This document shows positions 29,636 to 39,414 of a DNA stretch of 64,000 nt, in pieces; within the stretch, counting starts at the first letter, position 1, and each line of letters starts with the position of its first letter. Source of the stretch: Aureliella sp. (GTDB lineage Bacteria > Planctomycetota > Planctomycetia > Pirellulales > Pirellulaceae); contig OY829846.1 of assembly GCA_963691875.1 (NCBI GenBank), positions 4,224,001 to 4,288,000 on the forward strand, written 5' to 3'. The translations under genes and the position numbers were made by a program. Below the pieces are notes generated by a model that saw only the letters and a program-made list of their open reading frames with translations, was not told where the DNA came from and ran no database searches.

Positions 29636-31188
29636 TCGGCTACTCCGCCCTTGCTAGCGGGTTTATTCTTCGACGGTTTCTTTGGCGGCTTTGCTTTCAG
29701 GCCTTTTTGCGCTGGCACTGACGTCTTGGTATGTTCCAGGTTCGCTTCAGCTTCGTCCGCGTTTCCCTCCGGCAGAGAATCCTGTTCGGTGGTTTCGTCG
29801 ATCGTTTTCAGAACTTCATTTTTGGCTTCTTCGACAAAAGAGCGAGGATTCAGGATGACTTGCTCGCCTTCCTGGACGCCGCTATCAACGACGAGGTAGA
29901 CATCGTTGCTATCGCCAAGTTTGAGGATGCGGCGTTCTGGCCCAGCCTTTGTTTGAACCCAGCATAAGCTCTCTGTTTCCGTCTCGATTACCGCCGCTAC
30001 CGGAATGGTAACGACATTGGAGTACTCAGCCAGAATGATTTCGACTTCGGCACTCATGCCAGGTCGCAAGTTAGGTGCTTGGGGAAGTTCAATCCATGTA
30101 TCGTACTTCACCACGTTTCCAGTCCACCAGCCAGCGGGTTGAGCCACCGAAGCGATCTCGGAAACCGCGGCTTCGAGTTTGAGTTCCGGAAGCGTCACTT
30201 TGGCTTTCAAGCCCACGTTTAGTCGATCGACAACGGACTCGTGAATACCGACTTTGACTTGCATGTTTTCCAGGTCGGGCATGAGCAGTAAAGTCTGATC
30301 TCGGTGCACTGTCGCGCCTTCCTCAACATCAGGCGTCTTTTCCCAGGCTTGGGCCGAAGGGTAGATGACCATCCCACTCTTGGGCGCATGGATCACGCAG
30401 TGCTTTAACTCCGCCTCCGCCAGATCCCTTCGCGTCCCATCCATTTTCGCGCGTTCTACCAAGGAGTCACGATTTGCCTCAGCGGCTTTGAGTTCGCCTT
30501 TGAGTCGTTTGAGCTCTTCTTCTTTGGTGAATGTTCTGAGCACTTCAATCTCAGTTTGTTGAACGCCAACGTTTAGTTTGGCTTGTTCGACTTGGAATTC
30601 TTTCTCCTCCACCTCCAAGCTACTGACATAGCCGCGTTCGAACATCGACTGCGAATGATCGAGCATGTTCTGAGCGGTTTTAAGGTTTGCCTGAGCAATG
30701 GCCAAATCCTTTTCCATAGTCTTGAGCGAGACCACGTAAGTACCTTCCAAGTACTGTTTGATCGCTAGCTTGGCACGTCGCGCATTGGCTGAAGCAGATT
30801 CAGCGCCAGAACGGGACCAGTGTGCGTATTTAGAACGCTCGTTGATCGTGTCTTCGATAGCCAATGTATCCAGACGACAGAGGACGTCACCTTCTTTGAC
30901 GATAGTGCCATTCTCGATGACCCAGATGACCGTGTTATCGCCTCGGACCTTGCATTTGATCTCAACGTTCTCAGAACTCTCGAGTGTTCCTTGTTCGATT
31001 ACGCTAACTTGGAGATCGCTTCGAGCAATGGTATGAAACAAGGCCTTAGCAGAGCTTTCTACGTTGGATTGTCGCTCGGGCCGAAGCCAGAACCAAAATG
31101 CCAAGACAACCAACGCGCAAAGCAACGCTAGGCTTGGGAATCCAAACCATTTGTGGCTACTACTTTGGTTGTCAGGTTCGCTTGCCAT
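29632..31188 (-). CDS. Efflux membrane fusion protein (periplasmic adaptor)
   Basis: N-terminal TM, VKEGDVLCRLD, coiled coil, APKSGMVIY and RPGMSAEVEI. Confidence 0.9.
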   Translation of the reverse strand: MASEPDNQSSSHKWFGFPSLALLCALVVLAFWFWLRPERQSNVESSAKALFHTIARSDLQVSVIEQGTLESSENVEIKCKVRGDNTVIWVIENGTIVKEGDVLCRLDTLAIEDTINERSKYAHWSRSGAESASANARRAKLAIKQYLEGTYVVSLKTMEKDLAIAQANLKTAQNMLDHSQSMFERGYVSSLEVEEKEFQVEQAKLNVGVQQTEIEVLRTFTKEEELKRLKGELKAAEANRDSLVERAKMDGTRRDLAEAELKHCVIHAPKSGMVIYPSAQAWEKTPDVEEGATVHRDQTLLLMPDLENMQVKVGIHESVVDRLNVGLKAKVTLPELKLEAAVSEIASVAQPAGWWTGNVVKYDTWIELPQAPNLRPGMSAEVEIILAEYSNVVTIPVAAVIETETESLCWVQTKAGPERRILKLGDSNDVYLVVDSGVQEGEQVILNPRSFVEEAKNEVLKTIDETTEQDSLPEGNADEAEANLEHTKTSVPAQKGLKAKPPKKPSKNKPASKGGVAE

Positions 31189-31204
31189 CAGTATTTGTCG
31201 TCAA

Positions 31205-32695
31205 CTAATTCGTCTTTACTGCGACAGCATTGCTGCCGTCGACCGTGACTTCGTCCGATTCATCAATCGTCTTGAGCGTTTCTGATTTGGCTGCATCTAA
31301 GACAGCTGCCGGATTGAGAATGACGTCTTCGCCTTCGTTGAGTCCAGATTTGACAATCACATAGATCTCATTGCTGTCGCCCAGCACCAGCGATCGACGA
31401 TCGAGCTCCCCGTCAGCTTGCTTTACCCAGCAGAGAGTTTCACTTTCGGTTTCGATGATCGCTGCGACGGGAGCGAGAAGTACATTCGTGTGTTCTGCCA
31501 GCACGACTTCTACTTCAGCGCTCATCCCGGGTTTTAGTTCTTCGCCTGGCGGAATGTGGATCCACGTGTCGTACTTGACCATGTTGCCCGTCCACCAACC
31601 GGCGGGACGAGCCACGGCAGCGACTTCTTTCACTGTACCGTTGATATCACCTTCGGTAAGCGTGATACGTGCGCCTTGCCCGACTTTCACTCGATCGATC
31701 ATGGATTCGTGAATGCCCACTTTCACTTGCATCTTCTGCAGGTCTGGCATCAGTAGCAGTGTCTGGTCGCGGCGCACATTGGCTCCTTCGGTAACATCGG
31801 GTGTTTCCTTCCAGGCCGCCGCCGAAGGATAAATCACCATGCCCGATTTGGGCGCTCGGATGATGCACATATCACGTTCTGCAAGAGCGCGATCGCGGCG
31901 ACCTTCATCCATCGCTAGGCCTGCGAGGTCCGCTTTGAGTTTTGAATCCGTGGAGAGAACGCGACCTCGAATCGTCTCGAGGTTCATTTCCTTGGTGTAG
32001 GTTTCAAGAACATTGAGCCGCGTCTGAACGACCTCTAACTCTAGTTTTGCCTGAGTCACCGTGAACTGATTGCCTTCGACTTCGAGCTTGCTAACATAGC
32101 CGCGATTGAACATGTATCGCGAGTGAGCCAACATCTTTTTGGCGGTTTCGAAATTCGACTTGGCAATTGTCAACTCGCGATTCAAGGACTTGAGCTGCGT
32201 TTTGTAGTTGCCTTCTAGGTAGGCTTTCTCAGCCATTTCTGCTTGAGCTACATCGGCTTTGGTGCGTTCCAAAGTTGCACGAGCCGTGTGCATATCGGTT
32301 GTATGTAAGCTGATGGCATCCTCGACACGCTTCGTGTCGATGCGAACGAGCTCTTCACCTTCCTGAACTTCGGCTCCGCTATCGACGATCCAGGTGACTT
32401 TGCTCCAGCCACGAATGCGGCATTTGACTTCAGTGTTTTCTGAGCTTTCTAAAGTGCCTTGTTCGAGCACTGTGACTTGCAGATCACCTCGACGCACTTT
32501 GGCCGTCAAGGATGGACCATCTTGCTCATCGTAGTACGAATTCGCAAACCACCAGCCGCTGCCGCCCAGCAAGGTGACGATGATTAGTACCAGTCCGACG
32601 CGCGCGAAATACTTCCCTTTCCCGCGTGGAGACGATTCGGCTGCTCGCACTGGGCTGGCAAAGAATTCAGATTGTTGCTCAGGTGATGCGGACAC
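31205..32695 (-). CDS. Efflux membrane fusion protein, paralog of the downstream gene
   Basis: Same architecture, with shared motifs QGTLESSEN, DQTLLLMPDL and PAGWWTGN.VKYDTWI. Confidence 0.9.
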   Translation of the reverse strand: MSASPEQQSEFFASPVRAAESSPRGKGKYFARVGLVLIIVTLLGGSGWWFANSYYDEQDGPSLTAKVRRGDLQVTVLEQGTLESSENTEVKCRIRGWSKVTWIVDSGAEVQEGEELVRIDTKRVEDAISLHTTDMHTARATLERTKADVAQAEMAEKAYLEGNYKTQLKSLNRELTIAKSNFETAKKMLAHSRYMFNRGYVSKLEVEGNQFTVTQAKLELEVVQTRLNVLETYTKEMNLETIRGRVLSTDSKLKADLAGLAMDEGRRDRALAERDMCIIRAPKSGMVIYPSAAAWKETPDVTEGANVRRDQTLLLMPDLQKMQVKVGIHESMIDRVKVGQGARITLTEGDINGTVKEVAAVARPAGWWTGNMVKYDTWIHIPPGEELKPGMSAEVEVVLAEHTNVLLAPVAAIIETESETLCWVKQADGELDRRSLVLGDSNEIYVIVKSGLNEGEDVILNPAAVLDAAKSETLKTIDESDEVTVDGSNAVAVKTN

Positions 32696-32819
32696 TGAGA
32701 TGTATCCGTATTGCGAAAGTTTGGTGGGAAGGGATGGCGGGAGATCACTGCCAAGCTCTTCGTATCATTTTCAATGCTGTATGCCGTAGTAGCAAGGCGA
32801 AGCGGCCACTTTTGTCAAT

Positions 32820-35627
32820 TCATTCGTTGGTGGAAGGGCCGGCATAGCTTTCTGGGAAGACTTCAAAACGAAAATCTTCGGGTAACTGTTCTGCCGTTTC
32901 TGCCATGACCGGAGGGATTGCCGGAGGTAAGTTGTCGAGGAGGAGCTGCTCGGCATCGACTTCCAAGCTTGTGTTCTGTGGCAAGTTGATTTGCATCCAT
33001 CGCCCGTCTGAATCTAGTTGCATGATGCCCAACTCACGATACAACCGCATGCGGGCCGCATAGTAGCTGAGCCAAACTCTGAGGAAACTATTTTGAGTAT
33101 CTCGCAGAGCACCTTGAGCCGATAGCAAGTTGATTGTTGCCGTCGGACCAAATACAGCGCTGCGCTGCCCCGGTTGCGGTCGCCTGCCTGGTGCGTAGAG
33201 TGCCGAAACGGTAACGTCGACTCGGCGAATAGCAATGGCGACCGCGCGGCGCTGGATCTCCAAATCTGCTCGCAATCGCTGAAGCTCTCGCAACAGGACT
33301 CGCAAACCCAGATGCAGTGAGTCGTGCGACTGAATAAAAGCTCTGCGACTTCGCTGGTAGTTGATCAGCGACTCGCGATACGCATTGCGTTCGATCAATC
33401 GAGTGAAGGGAGCGTCGAATCGTAGGCCGAGGTTGAGTGTCGAAGTGCGCGGATCAATGCTGACTGGGTTATTACGTTCGGTGCGCGCGTTGCCATTGAT
33501 GGTCAGGTCCAAGGCGGACTGCAGTGCGTCTGCGGCAATCTGGATTTGCCGCCAGTCGTCGACCAAGGCAGCTCGACCGTTCATGAAGTCCAGGCGACTT
33601 TCTAAGGCCAGGTAGAAGGCGTCAAGTGATTCCATTTCTACCGCTTCAACAGTGACCTTTTCTAGCCGAGCTCTACCCTGAAGTAGAATCGTTCCATTCG
33701 TAGTTCGCGACAGATTTCGCAGCAGGACCACAGTTCGATCTTTGGCATCCATAGTTGGCGACTTCTTTTCGGTCTGCAACGCTCCGAGCAAGTTTTCGGC
33801 ATCGACGTTCGCAGCGTCTTGCACCGCAGGATTATCCATCGATTCTTGTTCGCCGGCTTCATTTACTTCAAGATCGGATGTACTTTCTGCATCACGACCA
33901 TCGAGTTTTAAGGCACCTTTAGCACCATCTTTATTTCGAATCGGATATCGAGCTTGGTCGAACAGTCGCAAGATATCAGCATAGGCCGCCTGAGACTTTT
34001 CATAGTTGTCCATCAAGTCTTCTAGGGCTTCGAGCAAGTCGTTTCGTTCTTGAGCAAACTGCTTGCGTTGTTCTTCATCCATCGATGCTTCGCGTGCTGG
34101 AACGGCGGCTTCCATTTGCTCTGCGTCCAGTAAAGTTGCCTCAAGTAGCTTTTCTAACTCTGGGAAGACTCCTTGAATTTGCGGAATCGTTCCTTGAAGA
34201 ACATCTAGTATTTCCTGCTCGGTCGGCTCAATGATCTCTCCATCGGCATCGAGCTTCGATAGCGTTCCGATTTGCTCTTGCAACTCTACGATTCGTGACT
34301 GCAAGTCGGTGCCTTCGCGAGAGACGATCTGAAACTGCTGAATCAAGCCATCGTCGACTTCTAGCGGTAAGTCGGGTGGCAGGCCGAGAGTCGAAGTCTT
34401 GTAGCGATCCAGCGCATTCTCGTAGTTATTGGTCAGAGCCAATAAGCTGGCTCGATCGCGTTCGACGTTCTGGCGAAACTGATCGACTTGCACCAAGTCG
34501 ATTTGATCGGCCTCCAACAGTGTTTCCAGTTGGTCGAGCGTCCGCAACTGAAGATTGAGATTGTCCTCGGCGTTGCGTTTGATCTGTAGTTGCTGAAGCA
34601 AACCGATGTACCCGCCGATGCCACCTTGGCCACCGAAGATCTGCAAGGTGGTTCCTCGGCCGCGGCGTTGCGGCCCGACGACACCTGCTTCCCCGATGGC
34701 GACTTGAGTGTAGAAGCCTTGGCGGAATTGTGTGTAGCCTCGGATGTTGGCCAGCATCACACGCTCGAAGAAAGTGAGCTGTTCCAGCGCGACGTCACGG
34801 CCTGCTCGCTGCAAAAGCGGTTGTGTTAAAGCGAAACTGGCGATCGAGGAATGTAGGCCTTGGTTAGGCCCTGTAAATTCGATTACAAAAGAATTGGCAA
34901 AACTGGCGATCAGTTCGCCGGCGCTGGCTAGACTACGGCGAGCTTGAAGCGTTGGAGCGGATCCGGTGCGTCCGAGTGATAATCGAGTTTGCTGCTCACC
35001 AGGAAACGGTCCTGAGACCTGATAGGATTGCCCTGGTACTGCGGTCGTTGCAATTGTCGCCGGGCCAAGCCCTCCGTTGTGGTTGTAATTCAGCGACGAG
35101 CCACCGAAAAACTGAGTATCGAGGCGGAAGCGTTCACGTGAGACATCAAGTGCGGCTAGGTAAAGCGTCTCGAGCTGTGATTGATGATTGGGCGAGTGGA
35201 CGTAGGCGAGTCTCAGAGCGTTGTCGAGATCGAGCTTGAGTGCACCGGACTCGTTGGTCGGGACGTAATCCGCCAGTGCCGAACGCCAAGCTGGATTCTC
35301 TAGGAATGCGCGCGTTCCGAACTCCTCCCATTGATCCCAACCTTCTTTACCATCCACGCAGTGCATATAGTGATGGGAACTTGGATCGTCGCGTGGTGCG
35401 GGAGAGCAATCGGGAAGATAGGGATCAAAGTAGCGGCTGCGGGAATCAACATCGATGTTGAACTTGGGCGTGGACCACCGCGGATCGCAGTTCTTCTGAG
35501 CGATGATTTGGTAGGCTTCCTGATCGGCCGCGACCCGATACTTGGAACGCGAGCACCCACCTACCGCTAGCAAACTGGCAAGCAGGTACAAACAACTCGT
35601 GATGCTGGTGGCTCCTTCCCTGCGCAA
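32820..35627 (-). CDS. Planctomycete TolC-like outer membrane efflux lipoprotein
   Basis: Lipobox GGC, long helical protein, ERFRLDTQFF, LTQPLL and ERNAYRESLI. First gene of the efflux operon. Confidence 0.8.
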   Translation of the reverse strand: MRREGATSITSCLYLLASLLAVGGCSRSKYRVAADQEAYQIIAQKNCDPRWSTPKFNIDVDSRSRYFDPYLPDCSPAPRDDPSSHHYMHCVDGKEGWDQWEEFGTRAFLENPAWRSALADYVPTNESGALKLDLDNALRLAYVHSPNHQSQLETLYLAALDVSRERFRLDTQFFGGSSLNYNHNGGLGPATIATTAVPGQSYQVSGPFPGEQQTRLSLGRTGSAPTLQARRSLASAGELIASFANSFVIEFTGPNQGLHSSIASFALTQPLLQRAGRDVALEQLTFFERVMLANIRGYTQFRQGFYTQVAIGEAGVVGPQRRGRGTTLQIFGGQGGIGGYIGLLQQLQIKRNAEDNLNLQLRTLDQLETLLEADQIDLVQVDQFRQNVERDRASLLALTNNYENALDRYKTSTLGLPPDLPLEVDDGLIQQFQIVSREGTDLQSRIVELQEQIGTLSKLDADGEIIEPTEQEILDVLQGTIPQIQGVFPELEKLLEATLLDAEQMEAAVPAREASMDEEQRKQFAQERNDLLEALEDLMDNYEKSQAAYADILRLFDQARYPIRNKDGAKGALKLDGRDAESTSDLEVNEAGEQESMDNPAVQDAANVDAENLLGALQTEKKSPTMDAKDRTVVLLRNLSRTTNGTILLQGRARLEKVTVEAVEMESLDAFYLALESRLDFMNGRAALVDDWRQIQIAADALQSALDLTINGNARTERNNPVSIDPRTSTLNLGLRFDAPFTRLIERNAYRESLINYQRSRRAFIQSHDSLHLGLRVLLRELQRLRADLEIQRRAVAIAIRRVDVTVSALYAPGRRPQPGQRSAVFGPTATINLLSAQGALRDTQNSFLRVWLSYYAARMRLYRELGIMQLDSDGRWMQINLPQNTSLEVDAEQLLLDNLPPAIPPVMAETAEQLPEDFRFEVFPESYAGPSTNE

Positions 35628-36068
35628 CGTCGTCGCCCCCTATTCCTTCGATCTTCCCATGCTGGCAATTCTTCGGCGTACCGGAAACTCCGACAATGCA
35701 CCTTCTTTGGTTTAGGTTCGGAATGCTCGCAGTAACGCCTTGAAGCGAAGCGCGGTTTGTAAGGCACAGCCAAAAACGCGGGGCTGCAGCAATTATGCTG
35801 TCGCCAAAATCCGCAAACTCGGACCGTCAGTAGAGGGGTGCTTCCGGCGGCATTTCCCTAAATGTCTTTGCAGTCCGCAGAGATTTACTCGGCCGACAGG
35901 TGCGCGCGTGATTCTCGTGTGGCTAATGCTAGCAATCTTCCAGCGGCATCTTCGGAGCGCTTCGAAACCTGATCGATCTTGCATCGCAGGTTAGGAATTC
36001 ATACAAACTGCCGATTGCCGTCCTTCCTTTTTCCGCTCAGGCTGTGGGTCTTTTTCGAGCTTTGCACC

Positions 36069-37106
36069 ATGTCTCGCATACTGCTTTCCGCCTCCTTCCC
36101 TCCGGATCTAATGCTTCGGCAAACTCCTGGCCACAGTGGCAGCTGGAAGCGCTGTCAGTTTGTATCCGAAGACGAACTGGACGCAGCGACGAGCGAAGAA
36201 GAATTCGATGCATGGGTCGTCTACGATGACTTGCGAAATCCGCGTGAAGTCGCGTGCTCTCCACTGAACACTCTGCTGATCACAGGCGAACCGGAAAGCC
36301 TTCGGCGGTATCGAAAGCGTTTCACCAGCCAGTTCGGCCGCATTTGGACTTCGCACGCTTCCATTCATCATCCACATGTCAAACGACGCAATGAAGGACA
36401 GCACTGGCACTATGCGTTAAACGGCAGCAGCGTCCATGGTTGCCAACTGGGTTTTGACGAGCTCGCGAAAATGAGCTGCCCACAGAAGACAAAACTACTG
36501 AGTGTGATTTGTAGTTCCAAGGCGCATACGGAAGACCACCGAAAGCGGCTCGAGTTTGTCCATACACTGCAAGAGAACTTTGGCGAGCAAGTTGACGTAT
36601 TCGGCCGCGGTATCCGCGACCTCGACGACAAGGCCGAAGCGATCTATGACTACCGCTATCACATCGTTCTGGAGAACGATCACAGCGATTTTTTCATGAC
36701 CGAAAAGCTGGGCGATGCTTTCTTGGGGTGGAGCTACCCAATCTACTTCGGTGGCTCGGAAGCATATTATCGTTTCCCCGAGGGAAGCTTCACGGCGATT
36801 GACATTTACAAGCCGGCGGAAGCGATCAGCATCATTCGCAGTGTCATCGAGTCAGAGACTTATGAGCGATGCATGCCACGAGTCAGTGAGGCGCGCAATC
36901 GTGTGCTTTATACCAACAACATCTGCAACATGATGGCGGAGTACTGGAGCGAATACATTTCCGATTCACCCGCAGTACCCACACGACTGCTGCCGAAGAA
37001 ACATCGAGCCGGGCTGGTACTGGATCAGCTCAAGCGAAAACTCTCGCAGCCTTTCGCAAGCACTCCAGTTAAGCGTAAGCCCTCGAGAGGCAAGCGCGCA
37101 GCTTAA
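36069..37106 (+). CDS. Glycosyltransferase family 10 (fucosyltransferase-like)
   Basis: TGEP, YRYHIVLEN, FMTEKL.DAFLG..YPIYFG. Confidence 0.85.
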   Translation: MSRILLSASFPPDLMLRQTPGHSGSWKRCQFVSEDELDAATSEEEFDAWVVYDDLRNPREVACSPLNTLLITGEPESLRRYRKRFTSQFGRIWTSHASIHHPHVKRRNEGQHWHYALNGSSVHGCQLGFDELAKMSCPQKTKLLSVICSSKAHTEDHRKRLEFVHTLQENFGEQVDVFGRGIRDLDDKAEAIYDYRYHIVLENDHSDFFMTEKLGDAFLGWSYPIYFGGSEAYYRFPEGSFTAIDIYKPAEAISIIRSVIESETYERCMPRVSEARNRVLYTNNICNMMAEYWSEYISDSPAVPTRLLPKKHRAGLVLDQLKRKLSQPFASTPVKRKPSRGKRAA

Positions 37107-37146
37107 ACGAAATTTTTTTCTATCAGTTTGCATTTCTGGAACAAAC

Positions 37147-38058
37147 ATGATCATAAGTCGCATTGATGGTGGCCTAGGCAATCAGATGTTTCAGTATGCG
37201 TATGGCTTGTATTTGGCAAAGCGCGCTAAGACTGAGTTCTATCTAGATATCAGCTCTTACGAGAAGCAGCCGCAGCACGGTTACTTATTGGATCATTTTC
37301 AGATCGACGCAGAAGTTCTACCTGCAAAGCTCAGTGCCAAGATACCGCGAAAGTACCGTTCTTCCGCAGCGAAAGTCAGTCGGTTGCAAGACGGTTTTGG
37401 ATTTCGCTCCTTGCGACGGAACAAGGAGCGCCATTTCGGTTTCCAAACTTCGCATTTGGAAGCCGGAGACAATCGCTACTTGGTCGGCTACTGGCAAAGT
37501 GAGCAGTTCTTTCCGGGGATGGGTGATGAGTTATTGAGGCAGTTCGCTCTGCGGTGCAGTCTCACGGCTCAGTCTCAAGAAATGGGTGGCCGTATGGCTG
37601 AGGGCAATAGTATCGCGTTGCATGTGCGTCGCGGTGACTACGTTACCAGTCAGTCCGCGGCGGCAATCTACGAGCATCTTTCCGTGGACTACTATCATCG
37701 CTGTCTGCAAGCTTGGACGCGTGAGCAAGATCGACCAGAGGTGTATATCTTCTCCAACGACATTGCTTGGTGCAGAGAGCAGTTCCGGTTGGAACATCCA
37801 ACTCACTTCGTAGATCACACATCCGTGGACACAGCCTTCGAAGATCTTTGGATGATGCGGCAAGCAGCTTGTCTCGTTATGGCCAACAGTACCTTCAGTT
37901 GGTGGGCCGCTTGGTTGAATCAGCGGCCTGGACATCAAGTTATCGCACCATCTCGGTGGTTTCGGCCTGGAGCGATGGATGGCTCGAGCATTCTATGTCG
38001 TGATTGGATCGTGGCAGATGTAGATCCATCTCAGATTACCTCTTCGAAGGCTGCTTAG
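37147..38058 (+). CDS. Alpha-1,2-fucosyltransferase (GT11)
   Basis: GGLGNQMFQYA, GYWQSE, HVRRGDY, FSND and NSTFSWWAAWL. Confidence 0.93.
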   Translation: MIISRIDGGLGNQMFQYAYGLYLAKRAKTEFYLDISSYEKQPQHGYLLDHFQIDAEVLPAKLSAKIPRKYRSSAAKVSRLQDGFGFRSLRRNKERHFGFQTSHLEAGDNRYLVGYWQSEQFFPGMGDELLRQFALRCSLTAQSQEMGGRMAEGNSIALHVRRGDYVTSQSAAAIYEHLSVDYYHRCLQAWTREQDRPEVYIFSNDIAWCREQFRLEHPTHFVDHTSVDTAFEDLWMMRQAACLVMANSTFSWWAAWLNQRPGHQVIAPSRWFRPGAMDGSSILCRDWIVADVDPSQITSSKAA

Positions 38059-38180
38059 CGTTGAGACTTGGACACTTGACAGACAGCTGTAGTGGGATTC
38101 GCCAGTGCTCCCTTCAATCAGGATTTCCGGCGAAATCGATTACACAGGAATCTTCCTGCTTCGGAACATGGAGTTGAACT

Positions 38181-39203
38181 ATGGGTCGCCCAGCCATCTC
38201 CGTTGTCATGCCTGTCTACAACGGCCAAGACTATGTGCTCGATGCGGTGGCTAGCATCGCTGAGCAGAGTTTCGAGGATTGGGAGCTACTTTGCGTCAAT
38301 GATGGTAGCTCTGATGGCACAGCGGAGATTCTCGATTGGTGCGTGAGTCAGGATTCCAGGATTCGTGTCATTCATCAACGGAATACCGGCTTGGTGGGAG
38401 CCTTAAATCATGGCTTCGATCAAGCTTGCGCAGAACTTGTGATGCGGATGGATCACGACGACTTGGCTTTGCCCGACCGGATGCAACGTCAGTACCGCTT
38501 CATGCAGCAGAATTCAGACTGCGTAGTTTGTGGTGGAGCTATCATGGAGATGGATTCCGATGGGGACTTGCTGGGTTCATCAAGTCTGCCGCTTGAGCAT
38601 GACAACATTGTCGCCAATCTTTTGCATCGTAGAACCGGTCACTTTCATCCGACGACTTTGATTCGCGCTGATGCATTCATGCGCGCCGGTAGCTATCGCG
38701 ACGAGTACAGGCACATTGAGGATCACGATCTGTGGCTGCGACTGTCGAAGCTTGGGCGACTGGTGAATCTGCCTGATGTAGTTTTATGTTATCGTTTACA
38801 CGCGGCGAGTGTTTGCTGGACGCAGGCTGACTTTCGTCGCGAGCAGATGAACGCCTTGATGGAACAAGCCTATACAGAGCTCGATTGCGAGATTCCTGAT
38901 GGTGTGATTGCGGATGCGACCGTCAAACGCCAGCCAGCTGGACCGGGCAAGTGGGCTCGCGCCGCTGCAAGACGTTCACGTTATAAAACAGCTTGGAAGC
39001 ACTGCCGACAACTATGGGGAAGCGACGCAGCAATGTCCTACAAGCTGCGGATGACGGCCGAGGTTGGAATACGCGTCGCTGCGGGGCTGAGCGCTGGTTT
39101 TGCGAAAGCAAATCCAGCCGAGAATCAGCGTGAAAAAGCGCCGCAGTTTCCTGAGTGGCATCGTCGATTCACTGCCGCAAACTGTCCTGCCGCTGCGGCA
39201 TAG
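38181..39203 (+). CDS. Glycosyltransferase family 2
   Basis: SVVMPVYN, NDGSSD, MDHDD and EDHDLWLR. Confidence 0.93.
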   Translation: MGRPAISVVMPVYNGQDYVLDAVASIAEQSFEDWELLCVNDGSSDGTAEILDWCVSQDSRIRVIHQRNTGLVGALNHGFDQACAELVMRMDHDDLALPDRMQRQYRFMQQNSDCVVCGGAIMEMDSDGDLLGSSSLPLEHDNIVANLLHRRTGHFHPTTLIRADAFMRAGSYRDEYRHIEDHDLWLRLSKLGRLVNLPDVVLCYRLHAASVCWTQADFRREQMNALMEQAYTELDCEIPDGVIADATVKRQPAGPGKWARAAARRSRYKTAWKHCRQLWGSDAAMSYKLRMTAEVGIRVAAGLSAGFAKANPAENQREKAPQFPEWHRRFTAANCPAAAA

Positions 39204-39293
39204 GTCCAAGACAGGCCTACGCGAGTCATCGGCTGTAGTGGATGGGGTCACGAATCCAGGAGCAAAGCTCCCCTCGGCCAATCCAAAGTAAGA

Positions 39294-39325
39294 CTGCGGC
39301 TGATCGTTAAACGAAGTAGCCGCAG
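39294..39325. terminator. Hairpin between convergent genes, possible terminator
   Basis: Outer stem CTGCGGCT...AGCCGCAG with inner TCGTT/AACGA pairing. No clear U-tract. Confidence 0.35.
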
Positions 39326-39336
39326 ATCGGCGTTTC

Positions 39337-39368
39337 AGAACAGCGAATTCTTAGAACAGCAAATTCTT
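39337..39368. repeat. 16-bp tandem duplication
   Basis: AGAACAGCGAATTCTT followed by AGAACAGCAAATTCTT. Confidence 0.8.
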
Positions 39369-39414
39369 GACGAATTCTGCTTCTCGACATGACTCGCTAC
39401 GCTCTGTCTGCTGA

